In this document: piece after piece, positions 9,729 to 19,014 of the stretch | Numbering within the stretch: position 1 is the first letter of the stretch | Layout: each line of letters starts with the position of its first letter | From: Verrucomicrobiaceae bacterium | Lineage (GTDB): Bacteria; Verrucomicrobiota; Verrucomicrobiia; Verrucomicrobiales; Akkermansiaceae | Assembly: GCA_051252135.1 (NCBI GenBank) | Contig: JBPOGH010000008.1 | Span: 64,001 to 128,000 of the forward strand | Length of the DNA stretch: 64,000 bases | Reading direction: 5' to 3' | Notes under the pieces: generated by a model | Database searches by the model: none | Told to the model about the DNA's origin: nothing | The model's input: only the letters and a program-made list of their open reading frames with translations | Program-made: the position numbers and the translations under genes

Positions 9729-10118
9729 TTATGGCTTAATCAACTCCACAAAACTCCGCGCCCGCGCCGCCGGCTCATAAAACCCCTCCTCATTCTTCCT
9801 CAACCACGCCGGACAAAGCTCCCCCTTCTTCAACTCCGGAATCGGCGCCGGCCCCGGCCCTTTCAAAAACACCCGCCGATACCGGATCTCAATCTCATCC
9901 CCCACCTTCAGCTTCGTCGCCGACTTGCTCACCGCCGTCACCTTCGCCCTCACCATCTCCAGCTTCCGGAAAAAATTCTGATGCTTCACCTCCACCACCT
10001 TGATCGAAATCTTCTCCGGCGCCCCCACCTGCAACCCCCGATAAGACCTCGGCGACAACTCCCCCATCAACGGAGAGACCAGAGCCATCGCTATCACCAA
10101 CCTGATTCCAATATTCAT
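9729..10118 (-). CDS. Hypothetical secreted protein
   Basis: 129-aa ORF with a signal peptide and a beta-rich sequence. Confidence 0.7.
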   Translation of the reverse strand: MNIGIRLVIAMALVSPLMGELSPRSYRGLQVGAPEKISIKVVEVKHQNFFRKLEMVRAKVTAVSKSATKLKVGDEIEIRYRRVFLKGPGPAPIPELKKGELCPAWLRKNEEGFYEPAARARSFVELIKP

Positions 10119-10187
10119 CGCCCTAATCCTAGACGCAGAGCATCACGGGAAGCCATCTCATAAAGCTGAAATGGCTCCCCGGAAGAC

Positions 10188-11369
10188 CTACTCCCTTTGC
10201 CCCGGACGAATCACCCAGGCCGCACCCACTCCCAGCGCAAGGCAACACAGCCACACCCCATCCGGCCATACCGAAAAGAGAGCCATCCCCAGAGCCGGAC
10301 CCACCATCGTCGCCCCATTCCAGGCGATCCCCAGCACCCCCATGAAACGGCCCCGCATCTCCTCCGGCGCCAGCCCCGCGATGTAGCTGTGCGCAATCGG
10401 CAGCGAGATCATCTCCCCAATCGTCAACACCACCATCGCGAACACCAGAACCCCGAGATTCGCACCCATCAGATTGAACCCCATTCCAATCCCCACCAGA
10501 GCATACCCCAGACTCATCACCCGAATCGGGAGATGCTTTCTCGTCCACGAGGTCAACGGCAGTTCCAACAAAACAACCATGATTCCGTTCAGCGCCATCA
10601 GCCAGCCAAACACCGACTCATCAAAGCCGCCACCCAGCGTCACCTGAAGACCCCACGTGCTGCTCAACTGCCAAAAGACCACCGCGATCATAAATGACGC
10701 CGTGATCGCACGCAGGTACGCCGGATTCCGCCGCATCTCCCGCAGTGCCGGAGCCCAGCTCGAATCCACCTTCGATACCTTTCGTACTTCGGGCACCCCA
10801 AAAAGAATGATGATTCCCAAAACACTCGTCGTCAGCGCATCCACCACAAACAACAGGTAGAATGACTTCTCCGCCATCAACCCCGCAACCGCCATCCCCA
10901 CCGCGAACCCCAGGTTCACCGCAAGACGCTGGCACCCAAACGCACGCACCCGCAATTCCCCGGGAACCAGGTCTGCCAACAACGCACTCGCCGCCGGGAA
11001 ATACATCGCACTGAACATCCCCACCGCACTCGACACCACCACAATCGCCCAGGGACCGACCGCCTGCGAGAGCAGCATCATGCACAACGCCCCACCCGCA
11101 CACGACACAATGATCGTCGGCTTCCGCCCCCACCGGTCCGCGCAGTATCCTCCAAGGAATCCCGCAATAAGACCACCTCCTCCATACGCCCCCAGCGCAA
11201 TCGCCGTCACCCACGGCGCATACCCTTCACGCTGAAGATACAGCGCTAAAAAGGGCATCACAAAGTGACCAAAGCGATTGATCAGCGTCCCGCTAAAAAG
11301 AACCCAATAGGGTCCCGGCAGGGCTCTCAGATCATTCCAAAGGCAATTCTGTTTCGCGTGCTTGTTCAT
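10188..11369 (-). CDS. MFS transporter (drug:H+ antiporter-like)
   Basis: About 12 hydrophobic segments; motif A GYCADRWGRKP; APEEMRGRFMG. Confidence 0.92.
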   Translation of the reverse strand: MNKHAKQNCLWNDLRALPGPYWVLFSGTLINRFGHFVMPFLALYLQREGYAPWVTAIALGAYGGGGLIAGFLGGYCADRWGRKPTIIVSCAGGALCMMLLSQAVGPWAIVVVSSAVGMFSAMYFPAASALLADLVPGELRVRAFGCQRLAVNLGFAVGMAVAGLMAEKSFYLLFVVDALTTSVLGIIILFGVPEVRKVSKVDSSWAPALREMRRNPAYLRAITASFMIAVVFWQLSSTWGLQVTLGGGFDESVFGWLMALNGIMVVLLELPLTSWTRKHLPIRVMSLGYALVGIGMGFNLMGANLGVLVFAMVVLTIGEMISLPIAHSYIAGLAPEEMRGRFMGVLGIAWNGATMVGPALGMALFSVWPDGVWLCCLALGVGAAWVIRPGQRE

Positions 11370-11382
11370 CTCATGTGCAAAG

Positions 11383-11413
11383 AAAAACCCCGCTCACTCA
11401 AGGTGGGCGGGGT
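11383..11413 (-). terminator. Rho-independent terminator/attenuator just upstream of the MFS start
   Basis: Minus strand accccgcccac-cttga-gtgagcggggt followed by a U tract, 14 nt before the ATG. Confidence 0.75.
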
Positions 11414-11456
11414 CCGTATTCCGAAAAAAGTCTCTTCTCTAAATTAACTCATCTTT

Positions 11457-11603
11457 CTAAAAATCGTTCCCGCCCGGAGTGGTATAAAGTCGGGTCTTCC
11501 AGTCCGTCATGGTGAGACCATGAAACACGACTACCGCACAACCGGAGAATTTCTCGGCAGAGAAACCCGGATGGGGGATGGTAGCAGCGGAACGTTGATT
11601 CAT
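11457..11603 (-). CDS. Putative leader peptide (48 aa; 17 aa if started at 11510)
   Basis: MNQRSAA...MTDWKTRLYTTPGGNDF ends ~44 nt before the terminator. Its PGG codons are complementary to the terminator 5' arm. Confidence 0.45.
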   Translation of the reverse strand: MNQRSAATIPHPGFSAEKFSGCAVVVFHGLTMTDWKTRLYTTPGGNDF

Positions 11604-11670
11604 CGAAGGAGTTGAGGGCCTAACAGATTTTTCTTCCTCTGCCAAGGGAATGTCTCCGGAGAGTTCCTCC

Positions 11671-12582
11671 CTACCCCTGCCAGGCATCACTCACCAGCAC
11701 CTTCACCAACTGCTCCGCCGGCTTCGTCAACTTCGTCCCCTTCTTCTTCAACAAATACACCTTCCGCTTCGGCGATGGCTTCGCAAACGAGCGCACCACC
11801 ACCTGCTCCGGCATCCGGCCCCGCAGCGCCAACTTCGGCACCACCGCCATCCCCAGATTTGCCGCCACCATCGCCAGCGCCGTCTCTAGCTGATCACACT
11901 GCAAGCCCAGCTCAACCTGGCTCAACCGACATGCCTGCAGCGTCTGATCCCGCAGACAATGCCCGTCCGACAAATGAATCATCTCCGCCCCCTGCAAATC
12001 CCCTGGCTCCGGATCCACCTCCCGATGCGCCCACTCATGCCGCACCGGCATCGCCAGAAGAAGCGGCTCCTCAAAAAGCAATCTCGTCTGCAATCCATAC
12101 CTCTTCTGATCATCCGCCAACACATCACTCAGAATCGCAAACTCCATCTCCCCCTCCCCGATCTTGCGAATCAACTCCGGCGTCCGGTTCTCACTCACCT
12201 CAATCTCCACCCCCGGATGCTGCGACCGAAATTCCCCCAACAAAAGGGGCAACAAATACGGCGCCAAAGTCGGAATCATCCCAAAATTCACCTTCCCGCT
12301 CCGCATCTCGCTCCGTGATTCAAACTGCTCCCTCAATAGGCTCTCCTCCGCCAAAAGCCGCTCCGCATGATGCAGCAGCAACCGCCCCGCCCCCGTCGGC
12401 ACCACCCCCCGCCTCCCCCGTGTCAGCAACTGCTCACCCAACCGTGACTCCAGCTCCTGAATCGCCAAACTCATCGCTGGCTGACTCACCCCGCACCGCT
12501 TTGCCGCCCCACTCATCGTCCCCCTTTCCACCGCCTCCATAAAATAGCGCAACTGCTTCAAATCCACGAAATTCAAATTCAT
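11671..12582 (-). CDS. oxyR: LysR-family regulator, OxyR-like
   Basis: LysR HTH (VSQPAMS), IPTLAPYLLP, and GHCLRDQTLQAC retaining both OxyR redox cysteines. Confidence 0.75.
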   Translation of the reverse strand: MNLNFVDLKQLRYFMEAVERGTMSGAAKRCGVSQPAMSLAIQELESRLGEQLLTRGRRGVVPTGAGRLLLHHAERLLAEESLLREQFESRSEMRSGKVNFGMIPTLAPYLLPLLLGEFRSQHPGVEIEVSENRTPELIRKIGEGEMEFAILSDVLADDQKRYGLQTRLLFEEPLLLAMPVRHEWAHREVDPEPGDLQGAEMIHLSDGHCLRDQTLQACRLSQVELGLQCDQLETALAMVAANLGMAVVPKLALRGRMPEQVVVRSFAKPSPKRKVYLLKKKGTKLTKPAEQLVKVLVSDAWQG

Positions 12583-12728
12583 CCCCCAAAATATGCTCTC
12601 TGTCGTGCCATAAGTCACGGTTATTCTAAGGGCTCTGTCATCACCCTACGACATGCCTGACAACCCCATCCCCACTCCCTCCTCTCTTCTTTTGACTACG
12701 CCACCGAACTGCGGCAACGTCACCCCCC

Positions 12729-13478
12729 ATGCTCGTTCCCATCCTCTCCTGGCTCACCCTCGCCATCGCAGTCGCCCTCTGCACCTGGTTCTTCACCATT
12801 CGCGGCCGTGGCTCCCTCCGCTACTGGATTCGGACCTACCACTCGGAGCCCCTCTGGGTCGTCGGACAAACCATTCCCTCCTCCGACGCAGCCGCCCACA
12901 CCCCCCAGATCCTTACCGATACCAACGCCGTCATCCGCTCACTCGACCGCCGGACCAACAAGGTCTATCGAAAATGGGATCACCAAAACGGCACCCTCTT
13001 CCTCGGCCTCGTCCTCAACAAACTTCCCGATTGCGAAGTTCCCCACGATTACCAACTCGTCGAAATCAAACCCCATTCCGTTGTCCGCCTCTCAGGCAGC
13101 AACCGGCTCGATGAAGAAAAACACCTCGACGCCCTCCGCCGCTTCGCCGACCGCAACAGCCTCTCCCTCGACCTCGCAAACCCCGTCCAACTCTCCGGCC
13201 AATCCTTCGCCCTCTTCCAATGGGACATCACCTCGGATTCTGACATCCCCGCCCCCTCACCTCTCGCCCAAGCCATCGAGCGCACCTACCAACTCCGGAA
13301 CAACCTCGTCATCCCGCTCCTCGCCACCCTCCTCGCCCTCGCTCTCATCGGCACCGGCCAATTCCTCCTCTTCGCCGCAGGCATCGGCCTCATCACCTTC
13401 CTCTCAGGTGCCTGCAAATTCATCTTCATGCACCAGATGACCGACGAGGCCGACGAGATCCACCTCCAGAATTACTAG
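12729..13478 (+). CDS. Hypothetical membrane protein
   Basis: N-terminal TM, soluble middle, two C-terminal TMs; C-ending codons typical of + strand genes here. Confidence 0.75.
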   Translation: MLVPILSWLTLAIAVALCTWFFTIRGRGSLRYWIRTYHSEPLWVVGQTIPSSDAAAHTPQILTDTNAVIRSLDRRTNKVYRKWDHQNGTLFLGLVLNKLPDCEVPHDYQLVEIKPHSVVRLSGSNRLDEEKHLDALRRFADRNSLSLDLANPVQLSGQSFALFQWDITSDSDIPAPSPLAQAIERTYQLRNNLVIPLLATLLALALIGTGQFLLFAAGIGLITFLSGACKFIFMHQMTDEADEIHLQNY

Positions 13479-13687
13479 GGAAGCGCTGATGAAAGAGGGA
13501 GTTCGCTGCTGCAAGTCATTTTGGAATCTGGCAAGGCGCGAAGGGCGACGCTGATGATCAGCGGCTCCCTGAGCAACGCCGCCAGACTCCAAAAGGGCTG
13601 CAGCTCCTGTCACCTCGGAAGCGAAGCTTCCCTGGCTAAAAAATCCCTTAAACCTTTCAGCGTGCTTCATCTTGAAGCAGTGTTTCC
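13479..13687. mobile_element. MITE with IS5-family-like ends
   Basis: Imperfect TIRs GGAAGCGCTGATGAAAGA...TCTTGAAGCAGTGTTTCC flanked by CTAG at 13475 and 13688; no transposase. Confidence 0.7.
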
Positions 13688-13691
13688 CTAG

Positions 13692-13749
13692 GGAAGCGCT
13701 GATGAAAGAAGGAGTTCGCTGCTGCAAGTCATCTTGAAGCAGGGTTTCC
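13692..13749. mobile_element. 58-bp internally deleted tandem copy of the same MITE
   Basis: Same left end and right end joined at a TCAT microhomology; flanked by CTAG and CTAA. Confidence 0.7.
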
Positions 13750-13762
13750 CTAACCCTCGGAC

Positions 13763-14221
13763 CTACCCCAGCTTCCCCTTCGAAAAGGCCCAAAAGGTGT
13801 AGATCGAAAGAGCCGTTCCAAGGGGCAACGCCAGCACGTTTAAGACCGCTGTCACAATCGCAAACCCCTTTCCCCAGGACTTGCCCTTAAGCAACCCCCA
13901 GCCCGCCAGGATAAATGGTAGGGCAATGAACCCCAGAAGGAAAAACAGTCCCACTCCCACCGCACCCAGTACCGCCACCGGAGAAGGCTCACCCGGAGGA
14001 GCCTCCGCTCCGGTCGCACCCACGATCCCCATCGCAACAAAGACCGCCGGCACCGCAATCATGATCAGCGCCGCAAAAACCAGGTTCGCCGCACCAATCA
14101 CCGTGCAATGCACATCACGCGTCTTCCTGGATTCGGTGAGCACACCCCGGATCGTATCAATGTCGGACTGCATCTGATCCGGGTTCATGCTTGGCGGATT
14201 ATTGGGTGTATTGTCGTTCAT
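13763..14221 (-). CDS. Hypothetical membrane protein
   Basis: Hydrophobic segments with GWGLL and PLGTALSIYTFW; downstream of a wHTH gene. Confidence 0.8.
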   Translation of the reverse strand: MNDNTPNNPPSMNPDQMQSDIDTIRGVLTESRKTRDVHCTVIGAANLVFAALIMIAVPAVFVAMGIVGATGAEAPPGEPSPVAVLGAVGVGLFFLLGFIALPFILAGWGLLKGKSWGKGFAIVTAVLNVLALPLGTALSIYTFWAFSKGKLG

Positions 14222-14237
14222 CTTTTGTCTTGCTTGT

Positions 14238-14570
14238 TTAATGATCGGACTTTCGTCCTTTTCTCATGGAATCGAGAAGCGTCTGCATCGTCTCCAAATA
14301 GTTCAAAAGCGCTTTCCGCCCCCGCGAAGTAATCCGGTAGGTCGAACGCGGCCGCCGCCCCACAAACTCCTTCTTGCACCCAATGTAATTGATGTTCTCC
14401 AGCTTCTGCAGATGGGCCCCGATCGCCCCATCCACGATTCCAAGACGCTTCTTCAACGTCGTGAAATCCAAATCCCCATCAGCCTGCAATGCCGTCAACA
14501 CCCCCAGCCGAACCGGACCGTGAACGGCCGAATCAATGTTCGAAAAATTGATGGGTGGTAACTTGCTCAT
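14238..14570 (-). CDS. Winged-helix transcriptional regulator
   Basis: IDSAVHGPVRLGVLTAL...DFTTLKKRL..DGAIGAHLQKLE...YRITSRGRKA. Confidence 0.88.
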   Translation of the reverse strand: MSKLPPINFSNIDSAVHGPVRLGVLTALQADGDLDFTTLKKRLGIVDGAIGAHLQKLENINYIGCKKEFVGRRPRSTYRITSRGRKALLNYLETMQTLLDSMRKGRKSDH

Positions 14571-14643
14571 TCCAAATTCTGATACACTCTATATTTTAGA
14601 GTATATTTCAGTCAAGAGCATTTTCGCGCCGAATCCGGACACG

Positions 14644-14675
14644 AAAAAACCGGGGCCGACAAACAGCACCCGGTT
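14644..14675 (-). terminator. Rho-independent terminator after the PLD gene
   Basis: Minus strand aaccgggtgctg-tttgt-cggccccggtttttt. Confidence 0.6.
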
Positions 14676-14698
14676 CAGAAAATCATCCAAAAAGTCAA

Positions 14699-15370
14699 CT
14701 ACCCCAATCGCTCCCACATCTCCTCAAACTTCTTCGCAAAGGACCTCACCAACTTTGGATTGTTCGTCACAATCACATTTTCATCATTCTCCGTCGCTGC
14801 CGATCTCGTCCAATTGTAACTCCCTGTCAGAAGCAAATCATCATCGGCCACCGCAAACTTATGATGCATGTGCGCATCCGTGACATCATAAACACACTCG
14901 ATCCCAAGCCGGTCCAACCTCTCCACATCCGATCCCAAATCCTCCGACTTATCATTATCGGAAATCAACCGAATCCTCACCTTCCGGGCGTGCGCTTCGG
15001 CCAGCCTCTCCACAATCCGGTTGTCCGTGATCGTGAACACACAAATGTCCAACGTCCGCTGCGCCTCCCCAATCAACCGCCGGATCCGATGCAGACAATC
15101 ATCCCCCGGACTGAAGTAAGCCGCCGCCTTCACCTCGTTCTCACTCGCATAAAGTAGCTTCATCACCCCCTGCAGCCAATCCATCGCACACACCTGCCCC
15201 ACCTCCTCCATCGTTCCACTCGCAATCTTAAAGGCCAACTGCCGCGCCTTCGCCTGGCCCGTCCGATCCCCCGCAATATCCGCAAGGGCCCCCTTCAACT
15301 CCTTCTTCTCCGCTCTCGTCAACGCATAATCCTCAATCGACTCGCGCAATATCTTCTCTACCTCATCCAT
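14699..15370 (-). CDS. Phospholipase D-like (single HKD) nuclease/phospholipase
   Basis: AYFSP, LDICVFTIT, HMHHKFAVAD, TGSYNWTRSA, NDEN. Confidence 0.9.
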   Translation of the reverse strand: MDEVEKILRESIEDYALTRAEKKELKGALADIAGDRTGQAKARQLAFKIASGTMEEVGQVCAMDWLQGVMKLLYASENEVKAAAYFSPGDDCLHRIRRLIGEAQRTLDICVFTITDNRIVERLAEAHARKVRIRLISDNDKSEDLGSDVERLDRLGIECVYDVTDAHMHHKFAVADDDLLLTGSYNWTRSAATENDENVIVTNNPKLVRSFAKKFEEMWERLG

Positions 15371-15379
15371 CGAAATCTT

Positions 15380-16432
15380 CTACTCGCTCACCGGCGCCTC
15401 CGCAACAAATCGTAAAAACCCTCTCTCACTCTCAGGCAAGACAAGGGCATGCACTCCCCCAACGGATGGCAACGCCTCCAACCTCTGCCAGGACCCCTCC
15501 GTCAAATCACTCGAAAACTCGGGAAAGACCCCCAGCGCCAACCCACCCTCGGGAATCGTCACCTCCGCAACAATTCCACCCTCCAGCTGTTTGAACGAAA
15601 ACGGGAGCTCCGTGGCATCCGCCGAAAGACCAAACGCAAAAAGCAACCCGTAAGGAAACCCGCGCTCGCTCACTTCATCCGGCAACACCTCCCCCAACCC
15701 GGCCCCGTCAACCCACGTTCCAAAGGCCGTTGGAACCGTAAAACTCCCGCGCGCCACCACCGTCCCCACCTCGGTGAAGACAAGGGTCGCGTTGGTCCCC
15801 GTGAAGGGAACCTCATCGGAATAATCGATCGTATTGCGCAACTCCGCTAAAACCTGCCGCTCATAAAGAGTCCGTGATTGCTCGCTCAGAATCACTTCAG
15901 TCACTCCGGAAATAGCCGACACCGCAGGAGCCACCGAATAATCCCGGGCATTCGTTGACGGCTGCCCAAATCCCGTCGCAACAGTGATCGCCACCGCCCC
16001 CTGATCGAACAGTGCCTCATGCTCCTCATTCACCAGAATGCCATCCACGATCTTTCCCGGAGGCGCGGGAGTTGAGGTGACAGAAGATATCTCCTGGGTC
16101 CTCTGCGTGATCTGCGTCCTGATCAACTCGTTCTGCTGATGATAGAAAATGAAGCTCGAAAAATCGTGGATGGAATCTGAAATCTTCACCCGACCTCCGG
16201 TAAAACTCATCTCCTCCGGCTCCAGCGTCTCAGGATCGAATCCCAGGTTCGTCACAAAATCTCCCGTATAGAGGACCGACTGCGTCGCACTCCCTCCCGT
16301 GCTCGCCGCCACCCCGGTCACCGTACTCGCCCCTTCTTCAAAGGTGAATGTCACCTCTCGCATCTCCCCAACCGCAAGCTCCGCCATCCCCCCGCATAGG
16401 AGGACCGATATCAAGCACACGGATCGGATCAT
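15380..16432 (-). CDS. Secreted beta-rich hypothetical protein with a C-terminal S-x-DL-W...F-x-R domain
   Basis: Signal peptide; Thr/Ser/Gly-rich body; tail FGTWVDG..LLFAFGL..FSSDLTEGSW..RGFLRF. Confidence 0.78.
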   Translation of the reverse strand: MIRSVCLISVLLCGGMAELAVGEMREVTFTFEEGASTVTGVAASTGGSATQSVLYTGDFVTNLGFDPETLEPEEMSFTGGRVKISDSIHDFSSFIFYHQQNELIRTQITQRTQEISSVTSTPAPPGKIVDGILVNEEHEALFDQGAVAITVATGFGQPSTNARDYSVAPAVSAISGVTEVILSEQSRTLYERQVLAELRNTIDYSDEVPFTGTNATLVFTEVGTVVARGSFTVPTAFGTWVDGAGLGEVLPDEVSERGFPYGLLFAFGLSADATELPFSFKQLEGGIVAEVTIPEGGLALGVFPEFSSDLTEGSWQRLEALPSVGGVHALVLPESERGFLRFVAEAPVSE

Positions 16433-16438
16433 CGGAGC

Positions 16439-16834
16439 CTACTTGCTTTGGGTCAGATTAAGCAACGCCGCCCGCACCTTCCCCATCAACGGCGTGTTAA
16501 AGGTCGTCAGCGTGAGCCGCAGCTTGTCGTTCTCGGGATGGGTGAAGGTCACCGTTTGATCAATCGCCCGGGCCGCTTTCTGAAAATCCTTGTTCTCCTT
16601 CTCATCCTTCATCGTCTTCACCTTGATCTCCACCCACCCCTTCCCAAGTGCCTTGAGCAATTGAACCTTCAACTCGGCAAAGTCCTGATCCGTCGCATAA
16701 AAACTGGTCTTGTGAAGGCCCTTCTCCGTCTTTGTCACCAACTGGCTCCCGGGGAACACCTTGGATAAATTCGGAATCTCCAGCGAGAAACAGGGCAGAA
16801 CGAGGCAGATGGTAATGACAATTCGGAGAATCAT
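16439..16834 (-). CDS. Hypothetical secreted protein
   Basis: MILRIVITICLVLPCFS signal; ATGA overlap with the upstream stop. Confidence 0.7.
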   Translation of the reverse strand: MILRIVITICLVLPCFSLEIPNLSKVFPGSQLVTKTEKGLHKTSFYATDQDFAELKVQLLKALGKGWVEIKVKTMKDEKENKDFQKAARAIDQTVTFTHPENDKLRLTLTTFNTPLMGKVRAALLNLTQSK

Positions 16835-18246
16835 GATCGGAGAGTGGCTTGATGATAGAGGCTGCAGAGAAGACCGCAAAAAACCAATGCGGTCAGATGA
16901 ATCGAAAAAATCGACAAAGGAAAATCAAAACAACTGTGCACCCCCACCCCGATCAATCCCACCACCACCCCCCTCACCAAATGCATATTGGGCGCACTGA
17001 GAGCTCTCCGCTTCATCAGACTCACGCCGCACACCACCGCCCCCAACCCAACCACCATCCAGGCCGCAAAACCCAAATACCCCCACTCCACCAAAGTCTG
17101 CAACGGATCACAGTGCCCCCGGTGCAATCCCCCGGTAATGCTTGGATCCAAATTGTAATAGGGAAACACATGCGCAAAACTCCCCGGCCCCAAACCACAC
17201 CAACCCCCTTCATCGGGTGACGCCATCCGCCGCATCACCCGCATAATCGCCAGCCTCGTGTCCACCGTTGCCGAATGCCCGCCGCTCCCCAGTGTCTCGG
17301 CAAGATACTGCCATCGCACCACCAGGTGCCGAATCCCTAACGCCACAAACGCCACAAACAACAAGCCCATCGCCCCAATCCCAATTCGGCTCTCGGTCGC
17401 CATTCCCGCCGACCGCATTCCCCGTACGAAATCCTTCAGACTTTTCCACTCAATCACCACCAGCAACAAACTCACCAACCCCAGAATCAAAAATCCACCC
17501 TTCGATGCCGTTGCCACCACTCCCGCCGCGCTCATCAGGGCCGAGATCACCCAAAGATAAATTTGTGGCAGGCTCGACCTCAACCGCCAGGCCCGCAATG
17601 CCAGGGCCACCGATACCGGATAAACCAAATTGAGAAACGCCGCCGCGTTCGCGTTATACACAAAGGGCGCAAAGTAGGTTTCCGGATGCCCGAGATTCGG
17701 CCGATTCGGATCCACCACCACACCCCAGACCGATCTCATCCCCAATCCCTTGTGCGCCAGACCCACCAAGGTCACCGCCAGACCAGACAACGCCAGAAGC
17801 TGGAGCAAGTGAATCCATGCCTTGCTCTCCGTGCTCCGCGCCACCGCCAGCAACCCCAATGCGATCGCTCCAATCTCGAGAACAAAATATTGTGTGTCCG
17901 AATAAACCACCGACCCCCGCAAGGAAGGAAAAGGCCGGTCGGGAAAATCTGTAAAAACATACCCCAGTTCCCGCGAATGATCGGAATGCGCATTGAACGC
18001 CAGAAAGCTCCCAAACATCACCAGAAAGACCATCGCACCACCAAACCAAATCGGCATCGGCGGCACCCTGCGTTGCCCCGGAAGCAACAGAAGGGCAAAG
18101 ATCGACAACACCACCAAACCCCTCACTCCCAATCTCCGGTACTCGATCGTTGTCGACCCAAACGCACCCAGCACCCACACCAACAACACAACAGTCATCA
18201 AAAGAAGAACCATTGCTCGGGCAGAAGTCGCTTGCGGTGAATTCAT
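16831..18246 (-). CDS. O-antigen ligase / O-oligosaccharyltransferase family protein
   Basis: Multi-TM; PFVYNANAAAF, TASKGG, GLGPGSF, HCDPLQTLVEWG, HSCFDFPL. Confidence 0.88.
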   Translation of the reverse strand: MNSPQATSARAMVLLLMTVVLLVWVLGAFGSTTIEYRRLGVRGLVVLSIFALLLLPGQRRVPPMPIWFGGAMVFLVMFGSFLAFNAHSDHSRELGYVFTDFPDRPFPSLRGSVVYSDTQYFVLEIGAIALGLLAVARSTESKAWIHLLQLLALSGLAVTLVGLAHKGLGMRSVWGVVVDPNRPNLGHPETYFAPFVYNANAAAFLNLVYPVSVALALRAWRLRSSLPQIYLWVISALMSAAGVVATASKGGFLILGLVSLLLVVIEWKSLKDFVRGMRSAGMATESRIGIGAMGLLFVAFVALGIRHLVVRWQYLAETLGSGGHSATVDTRLAIMRVMRRMASPDEGGWCGLGPGSFAHVFPYYNLDPSITGGLHRGHCDPLQTLVEWGYLGFAAWMVVGLGAVVCGVSLMKRRALSAPNMHLVRGVVVGLIGVGVHSCFDFPLSIFSIHLTALVFCGLLCSLYHQATLRS

Positions 18247-18322
18247 TCGATTGGATTGAAACAAAAAAAGCTGCCCATGCATCCGCACCGGCAGCTTCAG
18301 TCGGAAAAATGCTCTAAAGGAC

Positions 18323-19003
18323 CTATCGCCGCCGGTTCACAAGCGCCACTGCCCCGATCAGAGCCAGCATTGCCGATCCCGGCTCGGGCACTGATTCGAG
18401 CGCAGTGTCGTTATAACCATAGCTCAGAATCTCCGCCGTCTGCGTCGCTTCAGTCACTCGCACCTCGAGAAACCCAAGATAGGTCAACGTCACCAACTCC
18501 GTCCCCTTCTCAAAAGTCATCGCCACAAACCCCGTCACCGAACCACCCCCGCCATTGCTCCACTGCCCGTCGGACTCCGTCGCAAAAAAGCTGTTACTCG
18601 CCAATACCCCCCGGAAGTCATCGTAATTCAACTCGGACGTCACCCCCAATGCCGTCTCAACCTTCTGCGCCGCCGGCACCGGACCTCCATAAAAGACCGT
18701 CCCCAATCCACTCGCAGCCGCCGGGCTCTCCGCCACTTTCAACCCCGCCAACCCGCTGTTCGACACCTCAAAGGTCAGCGCCCCTCCAAATCCCGAATTC
18801 ACAAAAAAATTCAGCTCATCCCGCCCGTCACCATCAAGATCAAAGGCTTGCGTATTCGGCTCCGCCGTTCCGGAATTTCCATCCAGCACAATCGGACTCA
18901 CCGGCGCACCCTCGGGATCCCCAAACGTATAAACCACCGCCCCTTGTCCCTGACAACAAATGACAACGAAGCTGAGAACCGGGAAAAGGGCAGACGAACG
19001 CAT
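18323..19003 (-). CDS. PEP-CTERM protein (canonical)
   Basis: Signal peptide; C-terminus VPEPGSAMLALIGAVALVNRRR. Confidence 0.92.
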   Translation of the reverse strand: MRSSALFPVLSFVVICCQGQGAVVYTFGDPEGAPVSPIVLDGNSGTAEPNTQAFDLDGDGRDELNFFVNSGFGGALTFEVSNSGLAGLKVAESPAAASGLGTVFYGGPVPAAQKVETALGVTSELNYDDFRGVLASNSFFATESDGQWSNGGGGSVTGFVAMTFEKGTELVTLTYLGFLEVRVTEATQTAEILSYGYNDTALESVPEPGSAMLALIGAVALVNRRR

Positions 19004-19014
19004 AAAAATCGAAC

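Noticed and set aside
3469..9739. Pro/Arg/Ser-rich ORFs such as 3469-4521, 5557-6696 and 7988-9739
   Set aside because: They overlap well-supported genes in other frames or strands and are artefacts of the extreme C skew.
13475..13753. Direct repeat of ~45 bp as a mini CRISPR array
   Set aside because: Only two copies, with terminal inverted repeats and CTAG duplications, and no cas genes; better explained as MITEs.
14699..15370. PLD nuclease as an anti-phage defence system
   Set aside because: Standalone single-HKD protein with no helicase, methylase or other defence neighbours.
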